64,000 nucleotides of DNA, from positions 9,614 to 73,613 of the IMG/VR virus record IMGVR_UViG_2721755523_000003. One strand, given 5' to 3'. Under the pieces are notes generated by a model. That model searched no databases, was not told the DNA's origin, and was given only the letters and a program-made list of their open reading frames with translations. Made by a program: the position numbers and the translations under genes. Shown here in pieces: positions 39,101 to 50,720 of this stretch. Source of the DNA: a virus (lineage: Duplodnaviria; Caudoviricetes). Each line of letters begins with the position of its first letter. Position 1 is the stretch's first letter.

Positions 39101-39133
39101 ATGACAAGACCCCGCCCTGCGGGGTCTTGTCAT
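39101..39133. terminator. Perfect 15-bp-stem hairpin
   Basis: ATGACAAGACCCCGC-CCT-GCGGGGTCTTGTCAT. Confidence 0.75.
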
Positions 39134-39468
39134 TTCTGCATTCGGCATGGCCGCTGGCGTGCCCGCAGCGCGCACAGGCTGCAGCGATTGCCGGGCCTGC
39201 TCCCGTCGGCAAACATGGCATTCATACCCGGCCCGCGCGCCGGACCCGGCATACCGCCTGCCCGGTGCCACCGCGATCCGGTGGCCTGAGGCGTTCCCGG
39301 CATCCGCAGCCACACGCATGGCGGGTGCACCAGGAACAGGTCCGCGCGGGCCGGCCCACGAGGAGCTTCAGTGAGTCTTGCCATTCCCTTTCCCGCGCCG
39401 GATCAGGCGATACCACCACCGGCCCGTGCCGCCGCGCCCGCCAACCCTGCACACAGGGAGCGCGCCTG

Positions 39469-39672
39469 ATGCTGGCCATTGCCCGTGAATACGAAACGCT
39501 GGACGAGCTGTGCATGCGCCAGCTGGGCGCCACGCGCGGCGTGGTGGAAGCCACGCTGGAGCGCAACCCGGGCCTGCCGGCCCACGGTCCCCATCTGCCC
39601 GCCGGCCTGGCCGTCGAGCTGACCGAACCCGCCCAGGCGCCCAGCCTGCCCCTGATCAGTTTCTGGGATTGA
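39469..39672 (+). CDS. P2 gpX-like tail protein (LysM-like)
   Basis: ETLDELCMRQLG...VVEATLERNPGL...LPAGLAVEL...ISFWD. Confidence 0.85.
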   Translation: MLAIAREYETLDELCMRQLGATRGVVEATLERNPGLPAHGPHLPAGLAVELTEPAQAPSLPLISFWD

Positions 39673-39673
39673 C

Positions 39674-39940
39674 ATGGACCGAGAAACCATCGTCAAGACC
39701 GCCGCCCTGGAAGGCGCCAAGGCCGCGCCTCCCGTCACCGTCGTGGCCGCGAACGTGGCCAATGGCTGGACCATGACCCATACCGCCACCGCGCTGACCA
39801 TCGTCTACGTGCTGCTGCAGGCCGTGTATCTGCTGTGGCGCTGGCGCAATGAACGCGAGGACCGGCGCGCGCGCCAGGCCGAGGACGCCGCGCGCAGGAA
39901 GGCGTCTTCGACCTCCACAGACACCGGAGCGGCCCCATGA
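39674..39940 (+). CDS. Holin
   Basis: 88 aa, hydrophobic segment with basic C-tail, precedes endolysin. Confidence 0.7.
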   Translation: MDRETIVKTAALEGAKAAPPVTVVAANVANGWTMTHTATALTIVYVLLQAVYLLWRWRNEREDRRARQAEDAARRKASSTSTDTGAAP

Positions 39941-40518
39941 GCACAGCGCGCATGCCAGCGGCAGGACTGGGCATTGGCGCGGCCATCGTTGCTGCCTGGA
40001 TTGCCGCAGAAGGCTTCAGCGCGGCGCCCATCATTCCCGTGCAGGGCGATGTGCCCACCATCGGCCACGGCGCCACGCGCTACGAGGACGGCACACGCGT
40101 GACCCTGGCCGACCCGCCCATCACCCGCGAACGGGCGCGCGAACTGGCCATCAACCTGCTGGAGCAGCAGTACGGCGCCTGCGTGCGCGATTCGCTGGGT
40201 GACACGCGAGTGCATCCGGCCGAGTTCGCCCAGGCGGTGGACTTCGCAGGCCAGTACGGCTGCGGGGCCTGGCGCGGCTCCTCGATGCTGTCCAGGACAC
40301 GGGCTGGCGACTACGCCGGCGCCTGCCAGTCCTACCTGTCCTGGCGATTCATGACCAGCACTCAGCCTTTGCAGGGCTTCAGCGCCTATCGATGGGATGG
40401 CGCAGGCCAGCCCACGCGCTGGCGCTTTGACTGCTCGGCTCCCGGCAACAAGGTGTGCCGCGGCGTGTGGACACGCCAGCAGGCGCGCCACGCAGCCTGC
40501 ATGGAGGCCCAGCCTTGA
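39937..40518 (+). CDS. Endolysin, GH24 lysozyme with SAR-like N-terminus
   Basis: Gly/Ala-rich hydrophobic N-term, AEGF...GDVPTIGHG. Confidence 0.85.
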   Translation: MSTARMPAAGLGIGAAIVAAWIAAEGFSAAPIIPVQGDVPTIGHGATRYEDGTRVTLADPPITRERARELAINLLEQQYGACVRDSLGDTRVHPAEFAQAVDFAGQYGCGAWRGSSMLSRTRAGDYAGACQSYLSWRFMTSTQPLQGFSAYRWDGAGQPTRWRFDCSAPGNKVCRGVWTRQQARHAACMEAQP

Positions 40519-41126
40519 TGGACCGCCTGCAAACCCATGCCTGGCAGCTGCTGGCCCTGCTGCTGGCGGCACTGCTGGTCTGGCAGTCGCTGGCGCGGCT
40601 GGGTGCCGAGCGCGATGCGGCGCAGGCGCGCACGGATCTGGCGACCGACCGCCAGGCCGCTGCCACCGCCGCCCTGCACGCATCCGAACGCTATCGACAA
40701 CGGGAAAGAGCCTACCGTGAACGCCTCGACTTTCTTGCACGCGACACGGACCTGGCCCTGGCGCGCGCTGCGGCGGATGCCGATGCTGCCCGCGCTGCTG
40801 CTGGCCGGCTGCGCGGCGACCTCGCCGACTACATCACCGCCCACCGTGTCGCCGCCCAGGCTCGCGCCGCTGCCGGACAGTGCGCGCCAGACACCGGCGC
40901 CCTCGATCTGCTCGCCGAGCTGCAGCGCCGCGCTGACGAGCGAGCGGGAGCGCTGGCGCGCATTGCTGACGACGCCCGCCACCGAGGCAGCGCCTGCGAG
41001 CGCGCCTACGACGCCGGGCTCGCGCTGACGAGTGAAGCGCGCATTCCCCATGTTCCCCGGAATCCATCGGGCCCTGCAGGCGACAGGCATTTGCCGGGCC
41101 TTTCAACCAAACCATCTACCCCCTGA
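40518..41126 (+). CDS. Rz-like i-spanin (DUF2514-like)
   Basis: N-terminal TM, coiled coil, LARIADDARHRGSACERAYD. Confidence 0.75.
   Translation: MDRLQTHAWQLLALLLAALLVWQSLARLGAERDAAQARTDLATDRQAAATAALHASERYRQRERAYRERLDFLARDTDLALARAAADADAARAAAGRLRGDLADYITAHRVAAQARAAAGQCAPDTGALDLLAELQRRADERAGALARIADDARHRGSACERAYDAGLALTSEARIPHVPRNPSGPAGDRHLPGLSTKPSTP
40777..41028 (+). CDS. Embedded Rz1-like o-spanin lipoprotein
   Basis: Alternate frame inside Rz: MPMLPALLLAGC lipobox, Pro-rich; start could be upstream GTG. Confidence 0.7.
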   Translation: MPMLPALLLAGCAATSPTTSPPTVSPPRLAPLPDSARQTPAPSICSPSCSAALTSERERWRALLTTPATEAAPASAPTTPGSR

Positions 41127-41138
41127 AGGAAAACTCTC

Positions 41139-42502
<1,364 letters not shown>

Positions 42503-42506
<4 letters not shown>

Positions 42507-43036
42507 GCCTCTATCAACTGCTACCCAATGGGGCATATCGGCGGATATCAGACCAGGCCGCCATTCCTTTGGATCCGGCAAACCGGGACTACCAGGAAGT
42601 GCAGGCCTGGCTTGCAGCAGGCGGCCTTCCACTACCGCTGGAAAAGCCTACAGCCCAGGCCATGGCTGCTGCTTTGCGACAAGCCCTGGCCACCGAGTAC
42701 GCACAGCGCGTGCAGCTCATCGCTGCACCGTACGACGCGTTTGAGCGTGAGAGCTGGTATGTGCAGATCCTGGAGGCCATGGAGCTCCAGGCAACGCCAG
42801 ATGCTTCCGCGCCCTGGATCACTGCTGCAGCCGCCGCACGCGGAGTGGAACGCCTGGAACTGGCACAACGCATTCGCGCCAAGGACCAGGCCTACCGCCA
42901 GGCACACGGCCTGCTGACAGGGAACCGCCAACGCATCGAAACCGCCATCGATACGGCGGGGACGGATCTGACCAGGCTATCCGGGATCGATGTGACCGCG
43001 GGCTGGCCAGCCGCTTCAGGCCCCGCCCCCCACTGA
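42503..43036 (+). CDS. Tail fibre assembly chaperone-like protein
   Basis: IPLDPANRDYQEVQAWLAAG motif; coupled to the upstream fibre gene. Confidence 0.6.
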
Positions 43037-43177
43037 CGGTACCAGCCACGGCGGCAAAGCGAATGGCCTCCCCGGCCAGCAGCCGCGCCGCCGTGGTCGA
43101 GCGCCCGGCTCGCCCACGGGCATCGCGACAAAACGCTCCGATGCCGCCTACCCCAACCTTGATGGAGAGCTCTTGCC

Positions 43178-43687
43178 ATGCTCAAGCCCGCTAGCCTGCG
43201 CGACGCGCTCGTCGCTGCCCTGCCCCAGCTGCAACAGTCGCCAGGGAACATCCGTTTCACCATCCAGAGGGGCCGCGTGATCAACACGGGCACGCCGTCC
43301 CTTTCCTGGGAATACCGCTACACGCTGAACCTGGTGATTGCGGACTTCACCGGCAGCATCGATGCCGTGACCGTGCCGCTGCTGGTCTGGGCGCGGCGCC
43401 ACCAGCCCGACCTGTTCGACCATGCCGAAAGGCGCGAGCAGGCGATCCGCTTCGACATTGCGCCTCCTTCCACGGACCCTGCAGCCGCCTCGCAGCCGCA
43501 GCAGCTCGCGATCGAGATCGACCTGGTGGAGGCCGTGCTGGCGCGCCCGCGCGAGGGCAGCCCCGGCGCCTTCGACCTGATCTACAAGCCCGAGCCGCCG
43601 GGCCAGCTCGACATTGCACAGCGCCAGTTGTGGGAGCTGTTCCTGTTCGACGAGAAGGTGGCCGAGTGGAACTACGACCCGCGCTGA
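43178..43687 (+). CDS. P2 gpR-like tail completion protein
   Basis: MLKPASLRDAL, FTIQRG, SWEYRYTLNLVIADF, VPLLVWARRHQPDL. Confidence 0.88.
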   Translation: MLKPASLRDALVAALPQLQQSPGNIRFTIQRGRVINTGTPSLSWEYRYTLNLVIADFTGSIDAVTVPLLVWARRHQPDLFDHAERREQAIRFDIAPPSTDPAAASQPQQLAIEIDLVEAVLARPREGSPGAFDLIYKPEPPGQLDIAQRQLWELFLFDEKVAEWNYDPR

Positions 43688-43738
43688 GGCGTGGCCCTGC
43701 TCCATGCCGGGCTGCATGTCGGGCTGCATGTGGCGGCG

Positions 43739-43756
43739 TGTGCCACGCCCGGCACA
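43739..43756. promoter_or_regulatory. Ogr/Delta-type activator site upstream of gene V
   Basis: TGTGCCACGCCCGGCACA = TGT-N12-ACA, the P2 late-promoter consensus. Confidence 0.65.
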
Positions 43757-43786
43757 CGGCGACACGCAAGGGCCCGGCCGGCACCA

Positions 43787-44391
43787 TGAACGCCATGGAT
43801 TCGCCCGTCGCACAAACCGAGAGCCCGTACGAGATCATCCGCCGCCTGGAGGGGCTGATCCGCACGGGCACCATCGCCGCAGTCCGCCATGCGCGCCCTG
43901 CGCGCTGCCGCGTCAAGACCGGCAACCTGACCACCAACTGGATTCCCTGGCTGGCCCTGCGCGCCGCAGGCGAGAACGCCAGCGTCTGGTGGCCACCGGC
44001 CGTGGGCGAGCAGTGCGTGCTGCTGTCGCCCGGCGGCGACCTGCTGGGCGCCGTGGCGCTGACCGGCATCTACAGCAGCGCCGCAGCCCAGCCCAGCGAC
44101 CGCGAAGGGGTATGCCACACGCAGTGGAGCCCCACTGATTTCATGGAGCACGACAGCACCACGGGCCGTCTCAACATCAACGTGGCCCATGGCATCACGC
44201 TGCGGGTGGGCAACTCGGTGATCAGCATCGACGAGCAAGGCATCAGCCTGCAGGCCGGCGGCGGTTCGGCCACCGTCAATGCGCAAGGCCTGGCCGGCGC
44301 GCCCGATGTGACCACCGGCCCCATCAGCCTGCTGCGCCACCGCCACGGTGGCGTCAGGGCGGGCGACGCCATCACGCAGGGACCGCTATGA
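43787..44391 (+). CDS. Baseplate spike, P2 gpV
   Basis: RLEGLIRTGTI, TNWIPWLALRAA, WWPPAVGEQCVLLSPGG, C-terminal HRH. Confidence 0.88.
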
Positions 44392-44738
44392 ACCGCCATA
44401 CAGGCCTCCGCATCGAGGGCATGGAGCATCTGCGCCAGAGCGTGGCCGACATCCTGTCCACGCCCATCGGCTCGCGCGTGATGCGCCGCGACTATGGGTC
44501 GCTGGTCCCGGCGCTGCTGGACCAGCCCGACAACAACGCCACCCAGGCACGCCTGCGCGCCGCCGTGGCCAGCGCGCTGATGCGCTGGGAGCCCCGCATC
44601 CGCCTGACACGCATCGTGATCGAGCGCGATCCGGCCATACCCGGGCGCGCCGACCTGACGCTGATCGGCACCTTCAACAACACGCGCCGCCCGGCACCGC
44701 TGAGCCTGCAGATGCCCATTGCCCGCACCCTTTCATGA
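44388..44738 (+). CDS. Baseplate gpW/gp25
   Basis: HLRQSVADILSTPIGSRVMRRDYGS, ALMRWEPRI. Confidence 0.92.
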   Translation: MNRHTGLRIEGMEHLRQSVADILSTPIGSRVMRRDYGSLVPALLDQPDNNATQARLRAAVASALMRWEPRIRLTRIVIERDPAIPGRADLTLIGTFNNTRRPAPLSLQMPIARTLS

Positions 44739-45592
44739 AGCAAGACATGACCCCTGCACTGGACGCCCTGCCGCCGCCCGGCGTCGTCGAGACGCTGGAT
44801 TTCGAGCGCATCCTCGACGCCCACCGCGCCGATCTGCTGGCGCGCCACCCGGAGGCCGCCGAGGTCCTGGCGCTGGAGAGCGAGCCGCTCAACAAGCTGC
44901 TGGAGGCGCACGCCTATCGCGAGCTGCTGTACCGGGCGCGCGTCAACGATGCCGCGCGTGCGCACCTGATTGCGTTCGCCCAGGGCTCGGACCTGGATCA
45001 CAAGGGCGCCTTCTATGACGTGGCCCGACTGCCCGGCGAAAGCGACGAACGCTACCGCCAGCGCATCCTGCTGCGCGTGCGCGCGCTGGCCGGCAGCGGC
45101 ACGGCCGAGCACTACGAGCACCTGGCCATGACGGCCAGCCCCAATGTGCACAGCGCCATCGCCACCCAGCCCCAGCCCGGCCGCGTGAGCGTGCAGCTGT
45201 GGCTGGTCGAGCCCGCCCTGGCCGAAGAGACGCTGGCCATCGTGCTGTCGGCCCTCAATGCGCCAGGCGCGCGGCCGCTGGGCGTACCCGTGTCGGTATC
45301 GCTGGCGCGCCCGCACCCCATCGACATCACGGCGCACCTGCTGCGCGAGCCCGGTGCGCCCGTGGACATCGTGGCGCGCCTGCAGGCCGGCCTGGCCGCC
45401 CAGATCGCGGCCTACGCGCTGCTGGGCCGCGATGTGCCGCGCTCGTGGATCACCACGCGCCTGCATGTGGACGGCATTGCCCGCGTCACCTACCCCGACG
45501 CCCAGGCCCCGGCCGAGCTCACGCCGCTGGCCGCCGACGAATACCCGGTGCTGGGCCGCGTCCAGCTGGTGGACGAGGGCCTGCAGGCATGA
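44735..45592 (+). CDS. Baseplate J protein
   Basis: VETLDFE, ESEPLNKLLE, RVNDAARA, FAQGSDLD. Confidence 0.88.
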   Translation: MKQDMTPALDALPPPGVVETLDFERILDAHRADLLARHPEAAEVLALESEPLNKLLEAHAYRELLYRARVNDAARAHLIAFAQGSDLDHKGAFYDVARLPGESDERYRQRILLRVRALAGSGTAEHYEHLAMTASPNVHSAIATQPQPGRVSVQLWLVEPALAEETLAIVLSALNAPGARPLGVPVSVSLARPHPIDITAHLLREPGAPVDIVARLQAGLAAQIAAYALLGRDVPRSWITTRLHVDGIARVTYPDAQAPAELTPLAADEYPVLGRVQLVDEGLQA

Positions 45593-46569
45593 GCACCGCC
45601 GCCATCGCCCCGACGGCGCCCCGCCGCCATGTGCTGCCGCCCAACGCCACGGCGCTGGAGAAGGCCGTGGACCAGGTCGTCCCGAATTGGGATGGCCTGG
45701 CCGGCGCCTTTCCCGCGCCAGCCCATGGCGAGCCTGCGGCCTTTCTGCCCTGGCTGGCGGCCGAATGGGGCATTGCCCAGTTCGACCGCTACTTCGACGA
45801 TGTGCCCGCCCTCATCGCCAACGGCCTGCCCTGGCTGCGCGAGCGCGGCACGGCCGCGTCCATGCAGCGTGCGCTGGGCTGGCTGGGCTATGACGGCGCG
45901 CAGCTCGACGAGGATGGTGCCTGGCTGCACCTGGACCTGGGACGCATCATCGGCGACGCAGAGCTGGCCAGCGTGGCCCATGTGGTGCGCGCCAGCCTGC
46001 CGGCGCACGTGCGCTTTTACCGCGTCTTCCACGGCCACGACCTGCGCCCGCTGCGGCTGGACCACGGCCCGGGCCTGGACGCCGGCATGCTGGACAACGA
46101 CAGCGGCACCTGGATCGATGTGTCGCCGTATGGCGAACCCGTCAAGCTCAGCCAGGGCCTGCCCCGCCGCACCGGCACCGAGGCACCGCCTTCGGACGGC
46201 GTGCTCACGGCCCAGCTGTTCCGCGTCACCACCATCGCCACCTATGCCGACCGCATGCTGCTCGATGCCTGGACGCTGGACAGCGAGATCCTGATCGACG
46301 CCAGCCTGGGCATCACCGAAGTCAACGCCACCACCACGGGCGAGCCCGCCTACTACGCGCCGCTGCGGCCCATTCCCGCGCAGGCCATGGCCACCCACAG
46401 CGCCTGGACGGCGCCCGCTCCGCTGGCCCTGGCCAGCCTGCACCCCTGGGCCAGCACCGAGCGCCCGCACGACAACACCCGTACCTGGACCGGACGCTGG
46501 GACAGCACGCCCTGGCGCCGATCCTTCGAAACCCGCACCACCACCACCGAAGAACCCGAGGAACCCTGA
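45589..46569 (+). CDS. Tail protein I-like baseplate wedge
   Basis: LPPNATALEKA, FLPWLAAEWG, RGTAASMQRALGWLG. Confidence 0.8.
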   Translation: MSTAAIAPTAPRRHVLPPNATALEKAVDQVVPNWDGLAGAFPAPAHGEPAAFLPWLAAEWGIAQFDRYFDDVPALIANGLPWLRERGTAASMQRALGWLGYDGAQLDEDGAWLHLDLGRIIGDAELASVAHVVRASLPAHVRFYRVFHGHDLRPLRLDHGPGLDAGMLDNDSGTWIDVSPYGEPVKLSQGLPRRTGTEAPPSDGVLTAQLFRVTTIATYADRMLLDAWTLDSEILIDASLGITEVNATTTGEPAYYAPLRPIPAQAMATHSAWTAPAPLALASLHPWASTERPHDNTRTWTGRWDSTPWRRSFETRTTTTEEPEEP

Positions 46570-46571
46570 AC

Positions 46572-47057
46572 ATGGCAGTTCTGCAGCAAGCGGGCCGCAT
46601 CGCCCTCGCCAAGGCCGTCGCCGCCCAGACCATCCACATCGCCTGGGGCCGCGGCCTGCCCGCCTGGGACGCCGCGCCCGAGCCCGAACCCATCACCGCC
46701 AACGCCCTGGTCGACGAAATCGGCCGCCGCCTGGTCACCGAGGTGCGCTTTGCGCGGCCCGACGACAACGGCGAGATCGAGCTGCCCAGCGGCGCGCGCT
46801 ACAGCGTCAGCGACACACCCACCACCTTCGTCTACCTGCGCGCGGCCTTCGGCTTCGACGATGCCAAGGGCGAGGACGTGCGCGAGATGGGCGTGTTCTT
46901 CGGCACCCAGGTCGCCACCGACGTGCCGCCCGGCCAGCGCTGGGTGCTGGCCAGCCAGCTGACCGGCAAGGGCGAGCTGTACACGCTGGAGCGCCGCCCC
47001 CGGATCCTGCGCAGCGGCAGCGTGCGCCAGGTCGAAGAAATCATCCTCCCCTTCTGA
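46572..47057 (+). CDS. Baseplate/fibre attachment protein
   Basis: 161 aa, IAWGRG...LVDEIGRR...VREMGVF; coupled in operon. Confidence 0.65.
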   Translation: MAVLQQAGRIALAKAVAAQTIHIAWGRGLPAWDAAPEPEPITANALVDEIGRRLVTEVRFARPDDNGEIELPSGARYSVSDTPTTFVYLRAAFGFDDAKGEDVREMGVFFGTQVATDVPPGQRWVLASQLTGKGELYTLERRPRILRSGSVRQVEEIILPF

Positions 47058-47067
47058 ACGGCACCCC

Positions 47068-50000
47068 ATGAGCCAGACCAAGATCTACGACCGCTTCGAC
47101 GCCGGCAAGCGCTACGACAGGCTGCAGTTCGCGGCCGACCGCGTGCTGCAATCGGCCGAACTCAACGAGCTGCAGAGCATGCAGCAGCACCGCCTGCGCG
47201 GCATCACCGATGTGCTGTTCAAGGAGGGCGACATCGTCCGCGGCTGCCAGTGCATCACCTCCGCCGACACGGGTGCCACCACCATCGAGGCCGGCGCGCT
47301 CTACGTGGCCGGCGCCGTGCGCGGCATCACGCCGGGCACGCTCACCGTGGCCACCGTGGGCACGGTCTACGTGGGCGCCTACCTGCAGACCGATACCGTC
47401 ACCGAGCTGCAGGACCCCGAACTGCTGAACCCCGCCGCCGGCACGCGCGGCTATGGCGAGCCCGGTGCGCTGCGCGAGCGCGTCACCCTGGTCTGGGGTG
47501 CGCAGGGCGACGGCACGGCCGGCACGTTCTATCCCGTGTGGACCATCATCGACGGCTCCGTCATGCCCAAGGAGCCGCCGCCCAACATCGACGCCGTCAC
47601 CCAGGCCCTGGCCCGCTATGACCGCGACAGCGCGGGCGGCACCTACGTGGTGCGCGGCCTGGACGTGATCATGGGCGAGGACCTGGCCACCGGCCAGCAG
47701 GTCTACACCGTGCGCGAGGGCGCCGCCCGCGTCAACGGCCATCCGCTGGAACTGGGTGCCAGCCGCCGCCTGGTCTACGAGGCCAAGCCCGACCTGTTCT
47801 TCGTGGACAGCGAGCCCCACACCTCGGCCGGCACGGCCGCCCAGCGCATCCGCTTCGACCGCCAGCCCGCTGTCGGCACGCCCCAGGTGCGCGTGCAGGC
47901 GCGCAAGACCGTCACGCTCACGCATGGCGGCTTCACGGGCGCGGCCGACCCGCTGCCCGACAACGCCGTGCTGGCCGTGGACAGCGTGGTCCAGGCCGGC
48001 ACCACCTACGTGCAGGGCACGGACTGGAAGCTGGTCGGCGGCCAGATCGACTGGAGCCCCTCGGGCGCCGAGCCCGTGCCCGGCAGCACCTACCAGGTCA
48101 CCTACCAATACATGCTCAACGCCACGCCCACAGCTGTGGACTCCACGGGCTTCACCGTGGAAGGCGCGCTCAAGGACACCCTGGTGCTGGTCAGCTACCA
48201 CTACGCGCTGCGCCGCTACGACCGCCTGGTGCTCAACAGCGAAGGCCAACTGCAATGGGTGCCCGGCGTGCCCGCCGCCTGGTCGCCCAAGGTGCCGGCA
48301 GCACCCAGCGGCACCCTGGCCCTGGCCTCGGTCTACCAAAGCTGGGACAGCAACCGCCGCGTGGACCAGGACGCCGTGCGCGTCGTGCCCATGCAGACCC
48401 TCAAGGCCTACCAGGACCACATCCAGACCATCTACGCCGACCTGGCCGAGCTGCGGCTGTCGGTGGACGTGTCGGGGCGGCACAGCGGGGTCAAGAAGGG
48501 GTTGTTTGCGGATCCGATGCTGGACAACGGCCTGCGCGATGCGGGGCGCAGCCAGAGCGCCCATATCCTGGGCGGACAGCTGCAGCTGCCCATGAACGCC
48601 AAGCTGCACCAGATCGGCACCGACATCACCGCTCCCCAGACCACGCCCTACCAGCCTGTGGTCGTGCTCGACCAGTTGGGCCGGACCGGCTCCATGCTGG
48701 TCAATCCCTATGGCGCCTTCGATGTGCTGCCCAGCGCAGCCACCCTGACGCCGGCCGTGGACTACTGGACCGATGTGCAGACCCAATGGGCCAACCCCAT
48801 CATCCTGCGCCTGACGCCCAGCCAGGCGCGTCCTTCGGAAACCGAAAAGCTGCTGTCCGAATCCACCAGGGCACTGGAGAAGCTGCGCCAGATCGATGTG
48901 CAGTTCTGGCTGGATTTCCCGGTGGGCGAAACCCTCACCGAGCTGATCTTCGACGGCATTCCCGTCACGCCCCAGCCCCTGACGGGCGGCACGCTCGTGG
49001 CCACGGCGCAGGGACTCAAAGGCACGTTCAAGATCCCGGCGGGCGTGCCCTCGGGCACCAAGAGCGTGCACTTCACGGGACGCGCCGGCAGCCATGCCGA
49101 AGCCGTCTTCACAGGCCAGGGCCAGTTGCTCGAGCGCAGCGTGGCCAAGATCACAGTCCAGCTCTACGACCCGCTGGCGCAGACCTTCACCCTGGGCACC
49201 ACGCGCGAGATCTGCGGCACGCGCCTGTGGTTCGCTGCGGCGGGCGACAAGGATGTGCAGGTGCAACTGCGTGAAGTCACCAGCGGCGTGCCTTCGCGCA
49301 GCATCCTGGCCGAATGCGTGCTCAAGCCGGCCCAGATCAGCGCCGACATCGCCGCGGCCAAACCCACGCAGGCGCAATGGGCGCCGGTGCTGCTGGAGTC
49401 GGGCGTGGAATACGCCATCGTCGTGCTGACCAACGACAACACCACGGCCCTGGCTGTGGCCGAGCTGGGCGGCTGGGACGCCGCACGTGCCCAGTGGGTC
49501 ACCAGCCAGCCCTACAGCGTGGGCGTGCTGCTGTCCAGCAGCAACGCCAGCACCTGGACACCGCACCAGACACGCGACATGGCATTCGAGCTGCTGGCGA
49601 CCGAACACACGGCCAACACGCGCACCATCGAGCTGGGCAGCATCGCCGTGCAGGACGCCACCGACCTCATGGTCCAGGCCGGCGCCATGCTGCCCGCGGC
49701 CGACGCGCAACTGGTCTTCGCCATGCAGTTGGAGGACGGCACCACGCTCGAGGCCGCCGCAGGCCAGCCCGTGCAATTGGCCAGCCGCTACAGCGGCAAC
49801 GTGGCCGTGCGCGCCAAGCTCTCTGGCAACACCAACCACGCAGCCCACCTGCTGCCGGGCATGCAGCTGGTGGCCGGCAGCCTGCAGGCCACGGGCGACT
49901 ACATCAGCCCCGCCATCAACGCCGGCAGCTACGTCACGCTCAACGTGGTGGCCGAGGCCGTGCTGCCGGCCGGCAGCGCCCTGGCCGTGCAGATGCAGGC

Positions 50001-50184
50001 CGAAGGCAGCAGCGCCTGGACCAACGTGCCCTACCTGAGCACCAGCCCCCAGACCGCAGGCGTGCTGGAGTTGAGCTACCGCCTCACCGGCATCAGTGCC
50101 GAGCGCCTGCGTGTCCGCCTGGTCCTCACGGGCAGCCACGGCGCCCGTCCCCAGGTCACCAACTTGCGAGCCATCGTGATATGA
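47068..50184 (+). CDS. Large baseplate/fibre scaffold protein (DUF4815-like)
   Basis: 1038 aa, YDRFDAGKRY...DRVLQSAELNELQ, GLDV, REGAARVNG. Confidence 0.72.
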   Translation: MSQTKIYDRFDAGKRYDRLQFAADRVLQSAELNELQSMQQHRLRGITDVLFKEGDIVRGCQCITSADTGATTIEAGALYVAGAVRGITPGTLTVATVGTVYVGAYLQTDTVTELQDPELLNPAAGTRGYGEPGALRERVTLVWGAQGDGTAGTFYPVWTIIDGSVMPKEPPPNIDAVTQALARYDRDSAGGTYVVRGLDVIMGEDLATGQQVYTVREGAARVNGHPLELGASRRLVYEAKPDLFFVDSEPHTSAGTAAQRIRFDRQPAVGTPQVRVQARKTVTLTHGGFTGAADPLPDNAVLAVDSVVQAGTTYVQGTDWKLVGGQIDWSPSGAEPVPGSTYQVTYQYMLNATPTAVDSTGFTVEGALKDTLVLVSYHYALRRYDRLVLNSEGQLQWVPGVPAAWSPKVPAAPSGTLALASVYQSWDSNRRVDQDAVRVVPMQTLKAYQDHIQTIYADLAELRLSVDVSGRHSGVKKGLFADPMLDNGLRDAGRSQSAHILGGQLQLPMNAKLHQIGTDITAPQTTPYQPVVVLDQLGRTGSMLVNPYGAFDVLPSAATLTPAVDYWTDVQTQWANPIILRLTPSQARPSETEKLLSESTRALEKLRQIDVQFWLDFPVGETLTELIFDGIPVTPQPLTGGTLVATAQGLKGTFKIPAGVPSGTKSVHFTGRAGSHAEAVFTGQGQLLERSVAKITVQLYDPLAQTFTLGTTREICGTRLWFAAAGDKDVQVQLREVTSGVPSRSILAECVLKPAQISADIAAAKPTQAQWAPVLLESGVEYAIVVLTNDNTTALAVAELGGWDAARAQWVTSQPYSVGVLLSSSNASTWTPHQTRDMAFELLATEHTANTRTIELGSIAVQDATDLMVQAGAMLPAADAQLVFAMQLEDGTTLEAAAGQPVQLASRYSGNVAVRAKLSGNTNHAAHLLPGMQLVAGSLQATGDYISPAINAGSYVTLNVVAEAVLPAGSALAVQMQAEGSSAWTNVPYLSTSPQTAGVLELSYRLTGISAERLRVRLVLTGSHGARPQVTNLRAIVI

Positions 50185-50720
50185 CATTGCACGACGACAA
50201 GACAGCGCAGGGCTGGCCCCTGCCCCACCCTGACAACCGCCTGGAAGACGACGTGCTGCGCCTGCGCCAGGCCGTGCAGGACGTGGACCAGGCGCTGACC
50301 GCAGCGCGCCAGCTCATCGACACCAAGGCCAGTTCCCAGGGCGTGCAGGACGCCATGGACGTCGTGGCCCAGCGCATTGAGCAACTGGAGACCGCCGTCC
50401 AGTCGCTGAGCACCGGCAAGGTGGCCAGCGTCAACGGCGTGGCCGGCGTCAACGTCAAGCTCAACCCAGAGCACCTTGCGCTGGGCCCGGCCAACGGCGC
50501 CACCAGCGAAAGCTTCGGCTACGACGCCCAGGGCCGCATCAGCAGCATCACGCGCAGCGTCAACGGCTTCAGCGCCACCACCGCCGTCAGCTACGACGGC
50601 GCCGGCCGCGTCTCCCAGCAGCAGACCAGCTACCGCGGGCGCGTGCGCACGGAAACCTATGCCTACGACACCGCCACGGGGCGAGTGTCGGGGGTCAATG
50701 CTACGGAGGTACAGGGATGA
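50181..50720 (+). CDS. Fibre-associated protein with YD-like repeats
   Basis: MTLHDDKTAQGWPLPHPDN...; FGYDAQGRI, SYDGAGRV, AYDTATGRV. Confidence 0.65.
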   Translation: MTLHDDKTAQGWPLPHPDNRLEDDVLRLRQAVQDVDQALTAARQLIDTKASSQGVQDAMDVVAQRIEQLETAVQSLSTGKVASVNGVAGVNVKLNPEHLALGPANGATSESFGYDAQGRISSITRSVNGFSATTAVSYDGAGRVSQQQTSYRGRVRTETYAYDTATGRVSGVNATEVQG

